Below are positions 23,585 through 36,951 of a DNA stretch of 64,000 bases, one piece after another (within the stretch, counting starts at the first letter, position 1; each line of letters opens with the position of its first letter). The DNA lies in NCBI GenBank assembly GCA_035221665.1, contig CM069140.1, positions 41,664,001 to 41,728,000 of the forward strand, given 5' to 3'. This stretch comes from Okamejei kenojei (Eukaryota). The position numbers and the translations under genes were made by a program. Under the pieces are notes generated by a model, which searched no databases, had not been told where the DNA came from, and worked only from the letters and a program-made list of their open reading frames with translations.

Positions 23585-26500
23585 ATTTTTACTACAATTC
23601 AAAAAGGATAATTCCTCTCTGACCTTTGCAGCTAAGTAGTCTCCTTGGTATCAATATTGTATATTGAAAGTGTATCATAGCAGGTCTAGGCAAATACAGG
23701 CAACCATGTGTTATGGCCATTAGGGTTTCATAAATTCATCCTCTCTAGTGGGTATACCAGTAAGCCAGAATTCTCACAATGTATTTAGGTACCCCTCTTT
23801 GACTCATTTTAACAAACAGCTTTCTATGATTAACACGATCAAAGGCTTTGGAAGCATCAATAAAGCACATAAAAATTGAAGCATTTTTGCCAAGTGTACT
23901 GCAGTCAGATTTGCTGATGTTAAAAAATAGGTTGGTTGGAAGGTTGTGCAGGGTTTGTCTGCATGTATTATATCTGCAGGGAAAATATTCAACTGATTTT
24001 TTTATTTCCTAAGTGAGATTGTGTAAGTCATTATTCATGGAACACACTTTCTATCTGATTTATTGAGCTCACTGTAGCATTGTGTCCTCCTCACAACTTG
24101 CTAACCCACCTATCTTTTAGCATCAGCAAATCTGACTGCAGTACACTCAGTTCTCTATGTGGGTCATTAATATAGATTATAAATAGATGAGTTTGCAAGC
24201 CCAAATACATCTACAGTTGCTGCAGGAAAAAACACATTAATAACCATCGGTAGATTTCCATTTTTTTTTAATGGTTTATGATATAATTTGTGTAAATTTC
24301 ATATAATTTTGCTTTTATCCCATGCACTCTATGAGGTCTTTGTATTTAAATTGACAACATTTTTTGAACTGCCATTCCAGTGTCATCTCATACTTGACAT
24401 CAAATGACCATCTAGTTCTGTGCATCAATGGGATTGCCAGAGGTGCTGATGATTTACTTGAGAAATCACTCATTGAAGTTCTATATTTTGTTGTGATGAT
24501 GTTATGACTGTCAGCATTAATTTCCATTATATTATACACGTGGAATTTCCTTTTGGAACCTGATGTTGCATGATTAATTTGAGAAGTTGCAATCAATGTT
24601 ATCTTGCTCCTTCAGAGATGAAGCTGGTACTGTTCTCATCGAAACAATAATCTTCGTATAAAAATATTTGAAAAGATCAAGATTGTTAAATGAGTTGTAA
24701 ATTAGTTTTTGCCATGTGCTCAGCATAGTTCAGAGCTGATCAACGTTATATACCTTCAAATAAATCATTTACATCTGCGGAACATCATATGGAAAAATTC
24801 CATAGCTTTTAAAAATATTATTGTTTTATGACATTTAGCATCTACTTTGTATGTACAGAATATGGCCTCATAATTTGCTATCTATAAAATTGTATTTCAA
24901 AACAGTGAAAGATATTACTCCCAGACTTGTCTGAGATCATTTTTCAATGTGATCGGCTGCTCGGAATGCTTGATCATTTTACAGCTAGTGGATAACAGAG
25001 AACTCTAGTTAACAGAGTTATCCAGTTAACAGAACTTTAGATAACAGAGAACAGCTCGTGGATAATCAGATAATAGAGTTGATGCCAGAATTACATTAAC
25101 ATCTGGAAAGGTGAAATCAATGCACGCAAACATCACTTGATTTTTGTGGGCAACTTTGTTCAAGGTCAGCAGCACACATTGTCACCTCACAGCTTGCTGC
25201 AACCTTCAGACAATGTTTTACCCCAGGAATGATGTATGAACTGGCCCTTCAATCGACTTCTTACATGCAAGGCTGTTGGCCCAACTTTAAAGAGGAGATT
25301 ATCTGAAGTGATATTTTTGCTGCCATATCTTCTGCAGCTTTTCAATGGCATTTGTGTGGTATAAATGTTGAGCTCCATCTGGAAATACATATTGCCTCAG
25401 GTGTACCATAAGTAAAGTAATTAGTAGACATTAGTCTGCAGTTACTTCCTGAGGAAATATTACATACATGTAGAAATGTTTTAGAACAGAACTAAGAATA
25501 CATGGGGAGAAAAAATCCCCAGACCCTTTAATTAACAAAAAATATATATATATCCTTTAATTAAAATGATGAACATAGATTAGGTATCATTTACATCACT
25601 TTTCTTACGGTGTGACCCTGAGGAAATAGCTACAATCCATGTAAAATATTTTTAAACAAAGGAAAGCATGTGGGATTAATAAATCACCAATCCCCTCAAA
25701 TTAAATCAATATGTGTGCTGGTATATATCTGAATCTCTCTGAAAGTGCTTGGTTAAAGAGAATACGTATTCTGCTTAGCGTATTTATTTTAATTTTGAAG
25801 CAAGATAGTGATTGGAATTTCAGACTTGTGGAAGAGTCTAAATCACAATTGCACTGTATCTTGTGGTGAAAATGGACGAGAATTTTTGTTAGTTTCTAAT
25901 GGAGAAGTACCCTGAATAAATTCCATTTACACTCCTTGAGAAATGTGTAAAAATTAGAGATAATAAAATGATTCATCCATGGTAAAACAAACCATTGCTT
26001 TTACATTCCCATCAATCCCTAAGGAGGCACTCGATTTTTTTAAACACGAGTGGTCTGTACGGTGACACCTTACATTTTGATGTTTGGTTAAATTCACTTC
26101 GCCAAACTGCGATTTTTGTAGAGACTCTATCTATACTATGGTGCTGAAGGTACTTGCGATAGAACATTTTACTCCTTTGAGAAAATTATTTTTCTGTTCT
26201 GCTTCAAAAGCCTTCTGTTGCATTCTACGTAATCCTTGCAAAGCCTATTATTTAAAGAGAATTACTGAGCTCATATCTCAGAGCAACAGAATGTACTGCC
26301 CACTGATTGTCCAAACTTCAGGAAGGAGAAGCAGGAAAAAACAGATTAGTCCGTCATTTCAAAAGAAAGCCAAATCATCCCATCTATTCAGCAGGTATGC
26401 ATGGACAAAAACACACATTCCATTACAGTTTTTTGAGAATTCTGGCTCAGCATGAAGGTTTGGAGGGGCAATGTTCATTGCTGCAGACAGACCAGCAATC

Positions 26501-27519
26501 AAAGAGCACACAACCATGATAGAGAGAGAAAATAACCAGAGCTCTCAACACCGCAGGCCCATTCCAGGAAGCTACAGGGAGCAATGCCAGAACAGCCAAT
26601 TTGCTGTGCATTCTTCTATAACACGTTATCAATGCCATCCTTGGTCTGCAGAGCTCAATTAATTCAACTTGACAGTTCTCCCACACAGATGATAAAGAGG
26701 CCATAACATTTTTAATAATTGCTGGATTCTCCGTAGTTGCGGGGACTATAAATTGCACTAATGGGACATTAATCCCCAAATATAAACTGCCCAGCTCATC
26801 AACATCCCCCACCCTTATAACTGTATGAAGTACAAAGGGTCCCTGCTCTAAATGTGAGGTGTGTTTACAATGTCAGGCAGAGCTTCTTATATATCGATTT
26901 TGGATGGGCTCATAGGGGGCTTAATCGAAGGCTTCCGTGCTTCATCCATCATCCTTGTTCTGGTTCAGTCAGATGACCAAGGGACAGTGATGGCTGTTGG
27001 ACCAAAAAGAATCACCGCTGCATACAAGGCTCATGATATTTCATTGTTAGAAACCAGTGGTTCATAGGAGATAAGCCTCATGAATTACACATATTACATT
27101 GTGCAGGAACAATCGAACGTAAGAAACAGGAGAAGGCATAACCACAAAGGCACTGGAAATTTGATTCTAAGTCCAGTGAGGCAGCAAGGACATAATATGC
27201 AAGTTCCTTCAGTCGTTGATGGAGAGTTAACCAATCACCCTCGAAGATATCTGAGATTCTGCACTGTATACTTTACAGATGGCCTCTTGAATATGATCCA
27301 CTAACTTGCATGACTATGAATACCTGGATGGAGAAATGGTGCAATTGAAGGGTTTTGACTCTGGTGCAATGGGCCCAGTTCTGAGGAAGATGGGGCCATT
27401 GCCTGGTAATAGGAAGCACCTCAACATGACCAGGGTCCTTGCAGAAATAAATAAAACCAAAAGTGCTGGAAGCACTTAGCACATTGAGCAGCATCTGTGG
27501 AAAGAGAAGGAGAAGACCC

Positions 27520-28190
27520 ACATATCTGGGAAGATAAAGTAAGACAGTGGACTATACAATAAAGGGGAGTCTTCAGTGGGATAGAAGAACAGAAAGAAGT
27601 AGGAGTGTATGTCCATGCATCCTTAAAGATGACAGCAGAGTTAATTAAGATCATTAAAATGGCATTTGTGAAACTTTCCTTTATTGGCCACTCATATAAG
27701 AACTAGAAATCTTTATTTAATTCACAGTCTGAGTTTACTTGCAGTTCAGGTCACCACATTACTGGAAACGATACATAAGTGATTTATGATGATGCTACCA
27801 GGATCAGAAAATTGTTTTTGAGAAGAAAGAATGGATAGGCTGGGGTTGTTTTATTTGGAACAGAAAATGCTGAAGAGATTTAATGGTATAAAATTACGAG
27901 GGGCCTAGATAGAGTACAAAGGTAGGACATAACAGAGGGATCAAAAGCGATTAAAGTATTTAGAATGAGGATCATATGGAGGATTGAAGAAAATTTGTTT
28001 CATCCAGAGGGTTGGTATAGGTCTGGAAATTAGTGTGTGACAGGATGGTGGAGGCAGAAACCCTCATCACATTTAAATTGTACTTGGATGTGTCCTTGAA
28101 AAGTTGCGATTTGCAGTGTTTATGGATTAAATGCTGGAAGGAAGGGTAAAGCCTGTAGTTCTTTATCAACTGGTAGAGCCACGTGAGCTG
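27520..28190 (+). mobile_element. Ancient CR1 fragment
   Basis: GGAGTGTATGTCCATGCATCCTTAAAG, CAGTTCAGGTCACCACATT, AGGCAGAAACCCTCATCACATTTAA..TACTTGGATG are CR1 3' landmarks. Confidence 0.7.
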
Positions 28191-29234
28191 TAAAGTTACT
28201 ACAATGTTATGATTAGTCCCCTGGGCTACTAGATCACATAATATATTCACTATTCTTCTAAACCACACAACATTTTTATAGAGCTGACACCATTGGAAGT
28301 ATCACAGCTCAAAAATTCAGCATAAGAAAGCAAATTAAAGTTGTACCACACCTCCATATTTTGGAGATGCTCCTATACTCTTCATACCTCCAGATATGTT
28401 GCGTGAAATAATTAGATTCAGATTTGGAGCAGAAGTTTGGAAAACAGACTGGTAGCCAGATGTACTTGCTTTACTGAAAATACACCAGAATGGATTCCAT
28501 CTTGTTGCGTTTCCACCTGAGCAATTATCAGGTGCACTTTTTTAATGTCAAACCCTGTCTGAGGTCACTATTGACTGTTTTAGAATTCAGCACCTCCAGA
28601 ACGACCTGACAATTAGCAGTAACTCCCAAAATAATGCGATTCCTTATTCCACTTAATGACAGATTAAACATAACCATGAATTCCATGATTAGACTTAGAC
28701 ATGCTCCGATGGATTGGCAATATCACGCAGACGATACCTTACATGTAACAGGGAACAGAAAGTGAGAATTCAAAGTGATTTTTTTCCGTTGTCATTTTAC
28801 ATTTAGCTGCACTGTAGCTGTCATTCAAACAAGCTATGCAAAGACAATGTGTGCTTAAAAACAATCTATATACAATAAAGGTGAGGAATAGCTGATTTAT
28901 TTATTTCTTAATGGCACCGACTTACCCCATCAAGACTTAACTGAAACAATGTTATAGTTTATAGTTGATATTCACTCTCTTAGCCAGTCTCGTTATTAAA
29001 TGAGGACTTGCTTTCAGTGCAGTTCTGAGGAAGCTGTCGAACCAATGTGGAATTCCCAGTCTACCATAGGTAGTCACACGATGCATTTGGTGTTGGGGAC
29101 AGGTAGTTTAGAACAAAAGGGTCATTTCCCACTATTGTTCCTGGTTCTTCCATGTTCCGACAGAGAGTCTCAAGGTTCTCAATTCTATTTCACATGCTTA
29201 ATTTTTGAGGCAGATGCACGACTCTGATGAGAAC

Positions 29235-30430
29235 ATACTTGGCATATTATGCGCAGTTCTGGTCGCAGTTGAAAAGATTCACAAGGATATATTGCCGGGA
29301 CCAGATGACTTGAGTTAATAGGAGAGACTGGTTAAGCTGGGCCTGTTTTCTCTTGAGGTTATGAGACTGATCTCAGATCTCCGAGGTGTTTAAAATCATG
29401 AGGAGCATAGATATGATGGATTGGTGCAATCTTTTTCCAAGGGTAGGGGAGTAAAACCAGAGGGCATAGGTGTAAGTTGAGAGGGAAAAGGAAAGAATTG
29501 GGAGCTAAGAGATTTCTCACGTGGAGGGTGGTAGGTATACGCAACAAGCTACCAGAGGAAGTAGTAGAGGCATGTCCAATTACAACATTTAAAAGAGATT
29601 TGGATAGGTATCAGGTGGCATTTCGAAGGCAGCCTCGCCTACAGCCTGCCTGTCCTTTTGGTCTTTTTCTGTTATTTTTAGTGTGTTTAAAAAGTTTGTG
29701 TTAATGTTCTTCGGTTTGTTTTATGTGGGGGGTGGGCAGGGGGATCCTTTTATCAATCTCTTACCTTGCAGGAGATGCGATTGTTTGCCGGTTGGTATCT
29801 CCGGTCGCTTTGCGGCCTAACATCATGGAGCTGGCGGCCTTGCTCGGGACTTACCATCGGAGCAGAATCCTTGCCTGGGATCGACGCTCCAACCGCAGCC
29901 TGCGGACTTTAACGTCGCAGAGCTCGCATACTCGGGTTGAGACCGAGTCAGGAGGCTCCAACGACACAGAAGGTTCGATTGGCCCCGACCCAGGGTCAGA
30001 TCGCCCAGCGCGTGGGAGCTGAGATTCCCCCCCGATGCAGGGGCTTGATCGCCCCAACAAGGTGGCCCACATTCGGCAACGGGGGTAAGATCGTCCTGTC
30101 AATGGAAAGTTAGAGGCTCCTGACTGCTGGAGGACAAAAGAGGGAAGAGATTGAATTTTTATTCGCTTTCCATCATAGTGAGGAATATGAGGAGTCACCG
30201 TAGTGGATGTTTATGTTAAAATGTATATTGTGTGTTTTGCTGCTTTTTATTAATATGACTGTATGGCAAATCAAATTCCTCGTATGTTGTAAACCATACT
30301 TGGCTAATAAAGTATGTATGAGTATGAGTATATGGACAGGAAATGCTTAGTATAGAGGCCAAATGCACCTTAGTTGGCATGGACGAGTTTGGATCGAAAG
30401 GCCGTCTTCCATGCTGTACAACTCAATGAG
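29235..30430 (+). mobile_element. CR1 3' fragment (29235-29611 and 30332-30430) split by an insertion
   Basis: FLTWRVVGIRNKLPEEVVEA..ITTFKRDLDRY| then ATGGACAGGAAATG resumes after 30331. Confidence 0.8.
29612..30331 (+). mobile_element. Non-coding CpG-rich retroposon with Rex1-like 3' tail
   Basis: Interrupts a CR1; ends AAATTCCTCGTATGT...ATACTTGGCTAATAAAG plus (TATGAG)n, shared with the Rex1-type tail at 49941-49976. Confidence 0.7.
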
Positions 30431-30963
30431 TTTACAATTCACACTCTACGATATTTTCAATAAGTCAGATGATTGTTACATTTTTTTCAAGGAGGTTTTG
30501 AGAACACACTAAAAGTATTTGCATGGCAGATTGTGGAAAGACATTACCAGGAGGGCAGAGGCTTCAGGAGTCTGATATCAGGTGTGCAATCGATGTGGCT
30601 GACCCAGCAGAAAGCTCACTGATGTTGGCTTGTTTACCCTGCTAGTAGATTGGAAGATGCTACGTAGTAGTGGTAGTACTTTCAATTACCTTTAAATGTT
30701 GTCACAAGACCAAGGACTGCTCTGCCAACTTTGAGCAAATCCTACCCTCCAATCCAGAAAGAAAGAAACTGATCCTCCTAAACATTTTCGATGCCAGTAG
30801 AGAAAATAATGTAAATCCTCAGAAAGACATGAGTAAGGAATTTCCTGATAAAATCTTTGAAACCTGACTTCACCATAACCAATTTTTATCGATGTGGCAT
30901 GTAGCACTTTTGGTCCAGGTATTGGCACCTGCTAGATAACGGCATTGCCTAACAAGAGACCAT

Positions 30964-33440
30964 AAGTTCAAGTTCAAGTAAGTTTATTGTCATGTGTCCC
31001 TGATAGGACAATGAAATTCTTGCTTTACTTGAGCACACAGAACATAGAAGGCATTTATTACAAAACAGATCAGTGTGTCCATATATCATATATAACTATA
31101 TACACACATGAATAAATAAATGAATAGAGTGCAAATATCAGATAATGGGTTATTAGTTATCAGAGTTTTGTCCAAGCCAGGTTGAATAGCCTGATGGCTG
31201 TGGGGAAGTAGCTATTCCTGAACCTGGTCGTTGCAGTCTTCAGGCTCCTATACCTTCTACCTGAAGGTAGCAGGGAGATGAGTGTGTGGCCAGGATGGTG
31301 TAGGTCTTTGATGATACTGTCGGCCTTTTTGAGGCAGCGACTGCGGTAAATCCCCTCGATGGAAGGAAGGTCAGAGCTGATGATGGACTGGGCAGTGCTT
31401 ACTACTTTTTGTAGTCTTTTCCTCTCCAGGGCGCTCAAGTTGCCGAACCAAGCCACGATGCAACCGGTCAGCAAGCTCTCTACTGTGCACCTGCAGAGGT
31501 TAGAGAGAGTCCTCCTTGACAAACCGACTCTCCGTAATCATCTCAGGAAGTAAGGCGCTGGTGAGCTTTCTTGATAATTGCATCAGTGTTCTCGGAACAG
31601 GAAAGATCTTCACAGATGTGCATGCCCAGAAATTTGAAGCTCTTGACCCTTTCAACCATCGGGTCTGATATAAACGAGACTGTGGGTCCCCATCCTACTC
31701 CTTCCAAAGTCCACAATCAGTTCTTTGGTTTTGCTGGTGTTGAGGGCCAGGTTATTGTGCTGGCACCATTTGGACAGTTGCTCGATCTCTCTTCTGTACT
31801 CCGGCTCATCCCCATCAGTGATACGTCCCACAACAGTGGTGTCGTCAACGAACTTGATGATGGAGTTCGCACTGTGACCGGCTACGTAGTCATGAGTATA
31901 GAGAGAGTACAGCAGAGAGCTGAGCACGCAGCCTTGCGGTGCTCCCGTGCTGATTGTTATCGAATCTGACACATTTCCACCAATACGAACGGACTGTGGT
32001 CTGTGAATGAGGAAGTTGAGGATCCAATTGCAGAGGGATGCGCAGAGACCCAGTTCTGCGAGTTTGGTAACCAGCTTGGAGGGGATGATAGTATTAAATG
32101 CCGAGCTGTAATCAATGAATAACAGCCTGACATATGAGTTTTTATTGTCCAAGTGGTCCAGAGTGGAGTGGAGAGCCAGCGAGATCGCATCCACCGTTGA
32201 TCTGTTGTGGCGGTAAGAGCACTTCATCACCACAGGCATTAGTGCCACAGGTCGATAGTCATTGAGGCACATCACCTTGCTCTTCTGGGGCACTGGTATA
32301 ATTGATGCCCTTTTGAAGCAGGTGGGAACCTCAGACCTCAGAAGTGAGAGGTTGAAAATGTCCGTAAAAACTCCAGCCAGTTGGTCCTCTCAGGTTTTTA
32401 GAACACGACCAGGTATACCATCAGGTCCAGGCGCTTTTCCTGGGTTCACCCCTCTGAAGGATTTCCTGATGTCGGCCTCTGTGACTGAGACTGAAATACC
32501 ATCATAGCGAATGGGGGCTCAGGAAGGCACATCGGTGTTCTCCCTATCAAAGCGTGCGTAAAACGCATTGAGCTCATTGGGGAGAGATGTTTCACCGACA
32601 TTCGAGCTGCCTTCTGATTTCGCCTTGTGATTGCATTCAGGCCCCGCCACAGCTGCCGAGCATCTGTCTCATCCTCCAGCTTGGAGCAGAAGTCCCTTTT
32701 GGCCTTTTTGATGGCCTTACCAAGGTCGTATCTGGACTTCTTATAGACCACTGTATCATCAGACATGAATACCCGGTGTCTGGTCTTCAGAAGAGTGTGG
32801 ATCTCAAAGTTGATCCAAGGCTTCTGATTGGGAAGCACTCAGAAGGTATTTGTAGGGATGCAGTCCTCCACACAGTTCTTAATGAAGTCTGTAACGACTG
32901 TGGCGTATTCGTTCAAGTTCTTTGCCGAGTCCTTGAACATTGGCCAGTCTACAGACTCCAAACAGTCCTGTAGTTGTTCCCCTACCCCTCCAGACCCCCC
33001 CCCCCCCCCGTCCAGCTCTGTACCGTCCTCACCTCTGGGGTTGCGCTCTTTAATTGCTGCCTGTAGGCAGGAAGAAGCAGCACCGCGGTATGGTCGGATT
33101 TACCGAAGTGAGGGCGAGGGATAGAGCGGTAGGCATTCTTGATGGTGGTGTAGCAGTGGTCGAGGGTATTTGGTCCTCTGGTGCAGCAGGAGACATGTTG
33201 GTGGAAGTTGGGGAGTGATTTCTTTAGGTTTGCCTTATTGAAGTCCCCAGCAATGGTGGTAAAAGCCTCAGAGTAAGACGTCTGGTGTTTGTTGACCACG
33301 GCGTGCAGCTCATCCAGTGCCAGACGGACGTCTGCCTGGGGTGGGATGTAGACCGCGATCAGGATGATGGAGATGAATTCCCTCGGAAGGTAGAAGGGAT
33401 GGCACTTCACCGCCAGATGTTCGAGGTGTGGAGAGCAGGA
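30964..33440 (-). mobile_element. Rex1/Babar-type LINE (APE endonuclease + RT), frameshifted and internally deleted
   Basis: CHPFYLPREF, AGDFNKANL, TRGPNTLDHCY, GKSDH (APE); [37 protein letters not shown] (RT); (CTTGAA)n tail. Confidence 0.92.
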
Positions 33441-33603
33441 GGTTGTGATGCCAAATCAGACATTGATTGCCATTGTGCTGACCACTGTCCAATCCCTCCA
33501 ATCTATTTTAGCCTTGCTCCAAAATAACTGTGATGATGGAAAACATAGGTCTCAAAACATAGCTCACCTTGAACAGCAACATTGCTATTCATCCACACCT
33601 TTC

Positions 33604-33908
33604 AGTTTAGTTTCAATTTAGAGATACAGCGCGGAAACAGGCTCTTCAGCCCACCGAGTCTGCACCGACCAGCGATCTCCGCATATTAACACTATCGTGC
33701 ACACACTAGGGACAATTTACACTTATACCAAGCCAATTAACCAACAAACCTGTACGTTTTTGAAATATGGGAGGAAATCGAAGATCTTGGAGAAAACCCA
33801 CCGGGTCACGGGGAGAACATACAAACTCGATACAGACAGCACAGGACCAAACCCGGGTCTCTGTCGCTGTAAGGCAGCAACTCTGCCGCTGCATCACCAT
33901 GCCTGCCC
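33604..33908 (-). mobile_element. HE1-type SINE
   Basis: Same consensus as 22441-22767 and 52651-52962. Confidence 0.88.
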
Positions 33909-33909
33909 T

Positions 33910-34305
33910 TGCCTATATGTGTCTGTCTAAATGCCTCTTAAACATAGTAATTCTATCTGAGTCCCCCACTGCCTCTGCAGCACACTCCAGGTATCAACCA
34001 CCCTTTATGTATTATCATTTACTCCTTAGATTTCCTTTCAAACTCCTTCTTCTCATTTTAAATCTTGTGTTTGATACCTAACCATGAGAAGAGAGATATT
34101 TGCATTCTACCCTCATAATCTTATACACTTCTATCAAGACACCCCTCAGCCTCCTTCTCTCTGGGAAAACAGGCACAGCATATCTAATTTATTCCCATAA
34201 TGAAAGACCTCACATCCAAGCAACATCCAGGTTCATCTCTTCTACACTCTTTCCAGTGTGCTCACATGCATGTGGAGATCAGAGCTGCACACAATACTAC
34301 AAATG
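33910..34305 (-). mobile_element. Old CR1 fragment
   Basis: CCCTCATAATCTTATACACTTCTATCAAG, CAGAGCTGCACACAATACT are reverse-strand CR1 landmarks. Confidence 0.7.
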
Positions 34306-35278
34306 GAGACACGAGAGACTGCAGATGCTGGACTTGAATAAAAATAAGTGTGAGAGGAATTCAATGGGCAATGCAGCATCTATGGAGGGGTTAGATGATG
34401 TTTTGGGGTCAGGATCCTTCGTGAAACATCATCTCTCCATCATCTAACACAGATGCTGCCTATACTGCTTAGTTCCTCTAGCAGTTTGGATTTTACACTG
34501 TACTACAAATATATAGTTCAATCAGTTTTTCCAGATGAAGTATCAATTCTCTTGCACTTCTTCCAATCTAGTGTACCACAATATGTCTTCCTCCATATTG
34601 AAGAAATCAACACCTGCATTCCGTCCACAGGGCCAGCCTGAGCTTCCTGTTGCCTACCACTTTAATTCCTCTTCCACTCTTCCTCTGACCTACCGATCTG
34701 TGTCCTCTTGCACTGTCACAGTGATGCTCAACACAAGTTTGAGAAGCAGCACCTGTTTTTCCATCTGGGCTTGTTGCAGCCTTTTGGGTTCAATATTGAA
34801 TTCTCCAGCTTCAGAGAACTTGATTAGTCAGTATGTGTCAGACATCCATCTGTAATGTTAGCTCAGCTTGCTTTTTCTCCTTCCTTTTTTCCCTCAGTGG
34901 GTAAAGAACATGCCGAGCCTGACCTGATGGGCTTGTCATTCAGCTTTGAATTCCCTGCACTCCCACATTCTATTGTCTAGGTTCTTTTGTCTATTTTCTC
35001 AACCCCTATCTGCGGCCATTCACTCAATGACAAAGGGAGGTCAGGTAGGGAGATATATCCAAGGGGATAAACCGAGATTATAGTTTATCCCTATGGTCAC
35101 CCCGGTTTAATCCCATGGATATATCCCCATCCGTGACCCACCCTGCATCCTTTCAAGCTTATTTTGTCTCCTTTTCAGTTGCAGCAAAGAGTTTCTGACC
35201 TAAAATGTTGACTGCATTTCTTCCCACAGATGCAGTCTGACCTGTGTAGCATCTCCAGTATTTTCTGTTTCTATTTCA
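34306..35278. mobile_element. Old Penelope-related pieces: palindromic repeat (34306-34490), GIY-YIG C-terminal remnant (34535-34820, +) and terminal repeat (35150-35278)
   Basis: QPELPVAYHFNS motif; GCAGCATCT...AGATGCTGC inverted arms. Confidence 0.65.
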
Positions 35279-36951
35279 GCCTAACCAATGTGTGTGATAT
35301 TAGGATAATCATACGAGTGAAATATAAGTATCATCAATATATCTGACCCACAATCAATCTCCAGACTGATTGCCTAAGAAGTACAAATGCAAATACCTAT
35401 AACCAGAAATATGCTTTGCTCATTATTACTTGTATTTAGAAACTGAGGAACACATTGAAACCATGCATCAAAGAATACATTTCTAGTTTAACATCAATGA
35501 ACAGTAATTTCCAATTATTTAAATTAACTTTATGAAGTAAAACATGGCAGACTGGTCAAAATTGTTTATGTGCTTAGAAAGGGCATTTCTTCCTGGAAGA
35601 AATAACAAGGGGAGTAGATAATAAAGATCAACACTAATGAGATGAGGAACCAGTCCTAAAGCACATTAAATTACCATATTTCCACATAATTAGTTTGTTT
35701 TCCACTTGAAATCAGAAAGTGGCTTGACATTGCAGTCAGCGCCTCAGGTTGATGGGATTCAGTGAGATTCTCTTGCTCGTGTTTCATTTGTTGAATAATT
35801 AGAGAGGATTAATCTGTCTGAATCAAATTTGTATTTGCTATAAACATCATCCAGCTCATGAATACTGCATGTAACAATCAAGCAAATTACACCAAAATAA
35901 AACAAAACCAAGCATCTAGAGAAATCAGCTTATCCCTCACAACATTTCTTTAATCAGCGTCTTCCCACCACAGAAGGGTATGCAGATTTTAGCATACATT
36001 ATCAGTAATGACTATTTATAACAACATAATCAATTATGATTATAATCAACACTATACCTGCTCAGTCAAATAATCATTGCCCGGGGAATACATTCAAATA
36101 GCTCATTCATAAGAGTCCTACATTTAAAGGCACAGGATTCTACAGTGCCGGGTGGCTGTATTGTGTAGTTCAAAAAACTCATTTTGTAACCATGATAAAG
36201 TATTGATTTAACAGTCAAGACTGTTTAACTGTCATATGTACTGACAATAGTGCAATTACATTTTTACCCTCTGCAGCCGAGCAAGCCTGTAAACACAGAT
36301 AATATACAATTCATTCATTCTTTCATTCATTCCTGGGATATGGACCATTCTTTTTGTCCAAATCTAGTTGCCCTCTCACTGAGAAGGCAGTTAACAACAA
36401 CCGCACTGTTGAGTCTGAAGTCATCTTTGGCAGATTTCCTTCTTTCAAGAACATAGCGAAATAAATATATATTACAACAAATCAGCTGTTTCGTGGTTTA
36501 CCATTACTTGGAGTAGCCTTTTTTAACATTCCAGATTTTAATTTCAATACTTGATTAAATTAATTTTCCCTAGCTACCATGACTACTATGTATGTGGATC
36601 AATGATCAAGGGCTCTTGTCCAATACTCTATAACAAGGGCCCTATTGGGAAATGTGATTGCTAATTAAGGACTTGACCCAGCAGTGATTCCTCCCAAGGT
36701 ATAATAACTCAACAGTAATGCTTGGTCCCAAATATGAGTAACCACCGTTAGGTTGAGGGCAAGCATGCACTCAGCATTAATCAAACTGTGCTTATGCAGA
36801 ATTCAATACATTAAAGAAAGAATAGATGATACATTATCTAGATCAAAAAGGAAAAACAATTGTAGACTATGAACAAAAGACTATAAAAAAACATTTTTTT
36901 CTGCAGTTCTAAAATTCAATAAAGGAGTTGTCATGAAATTATTTTGTACTT

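Noticed and set aside
26084-27304. Cluster of 60-120 aa ORFs as host exons
   Set aside because: No recognisable domain, overlapping on both strands, no convincing splice-site pair; expected by chance.
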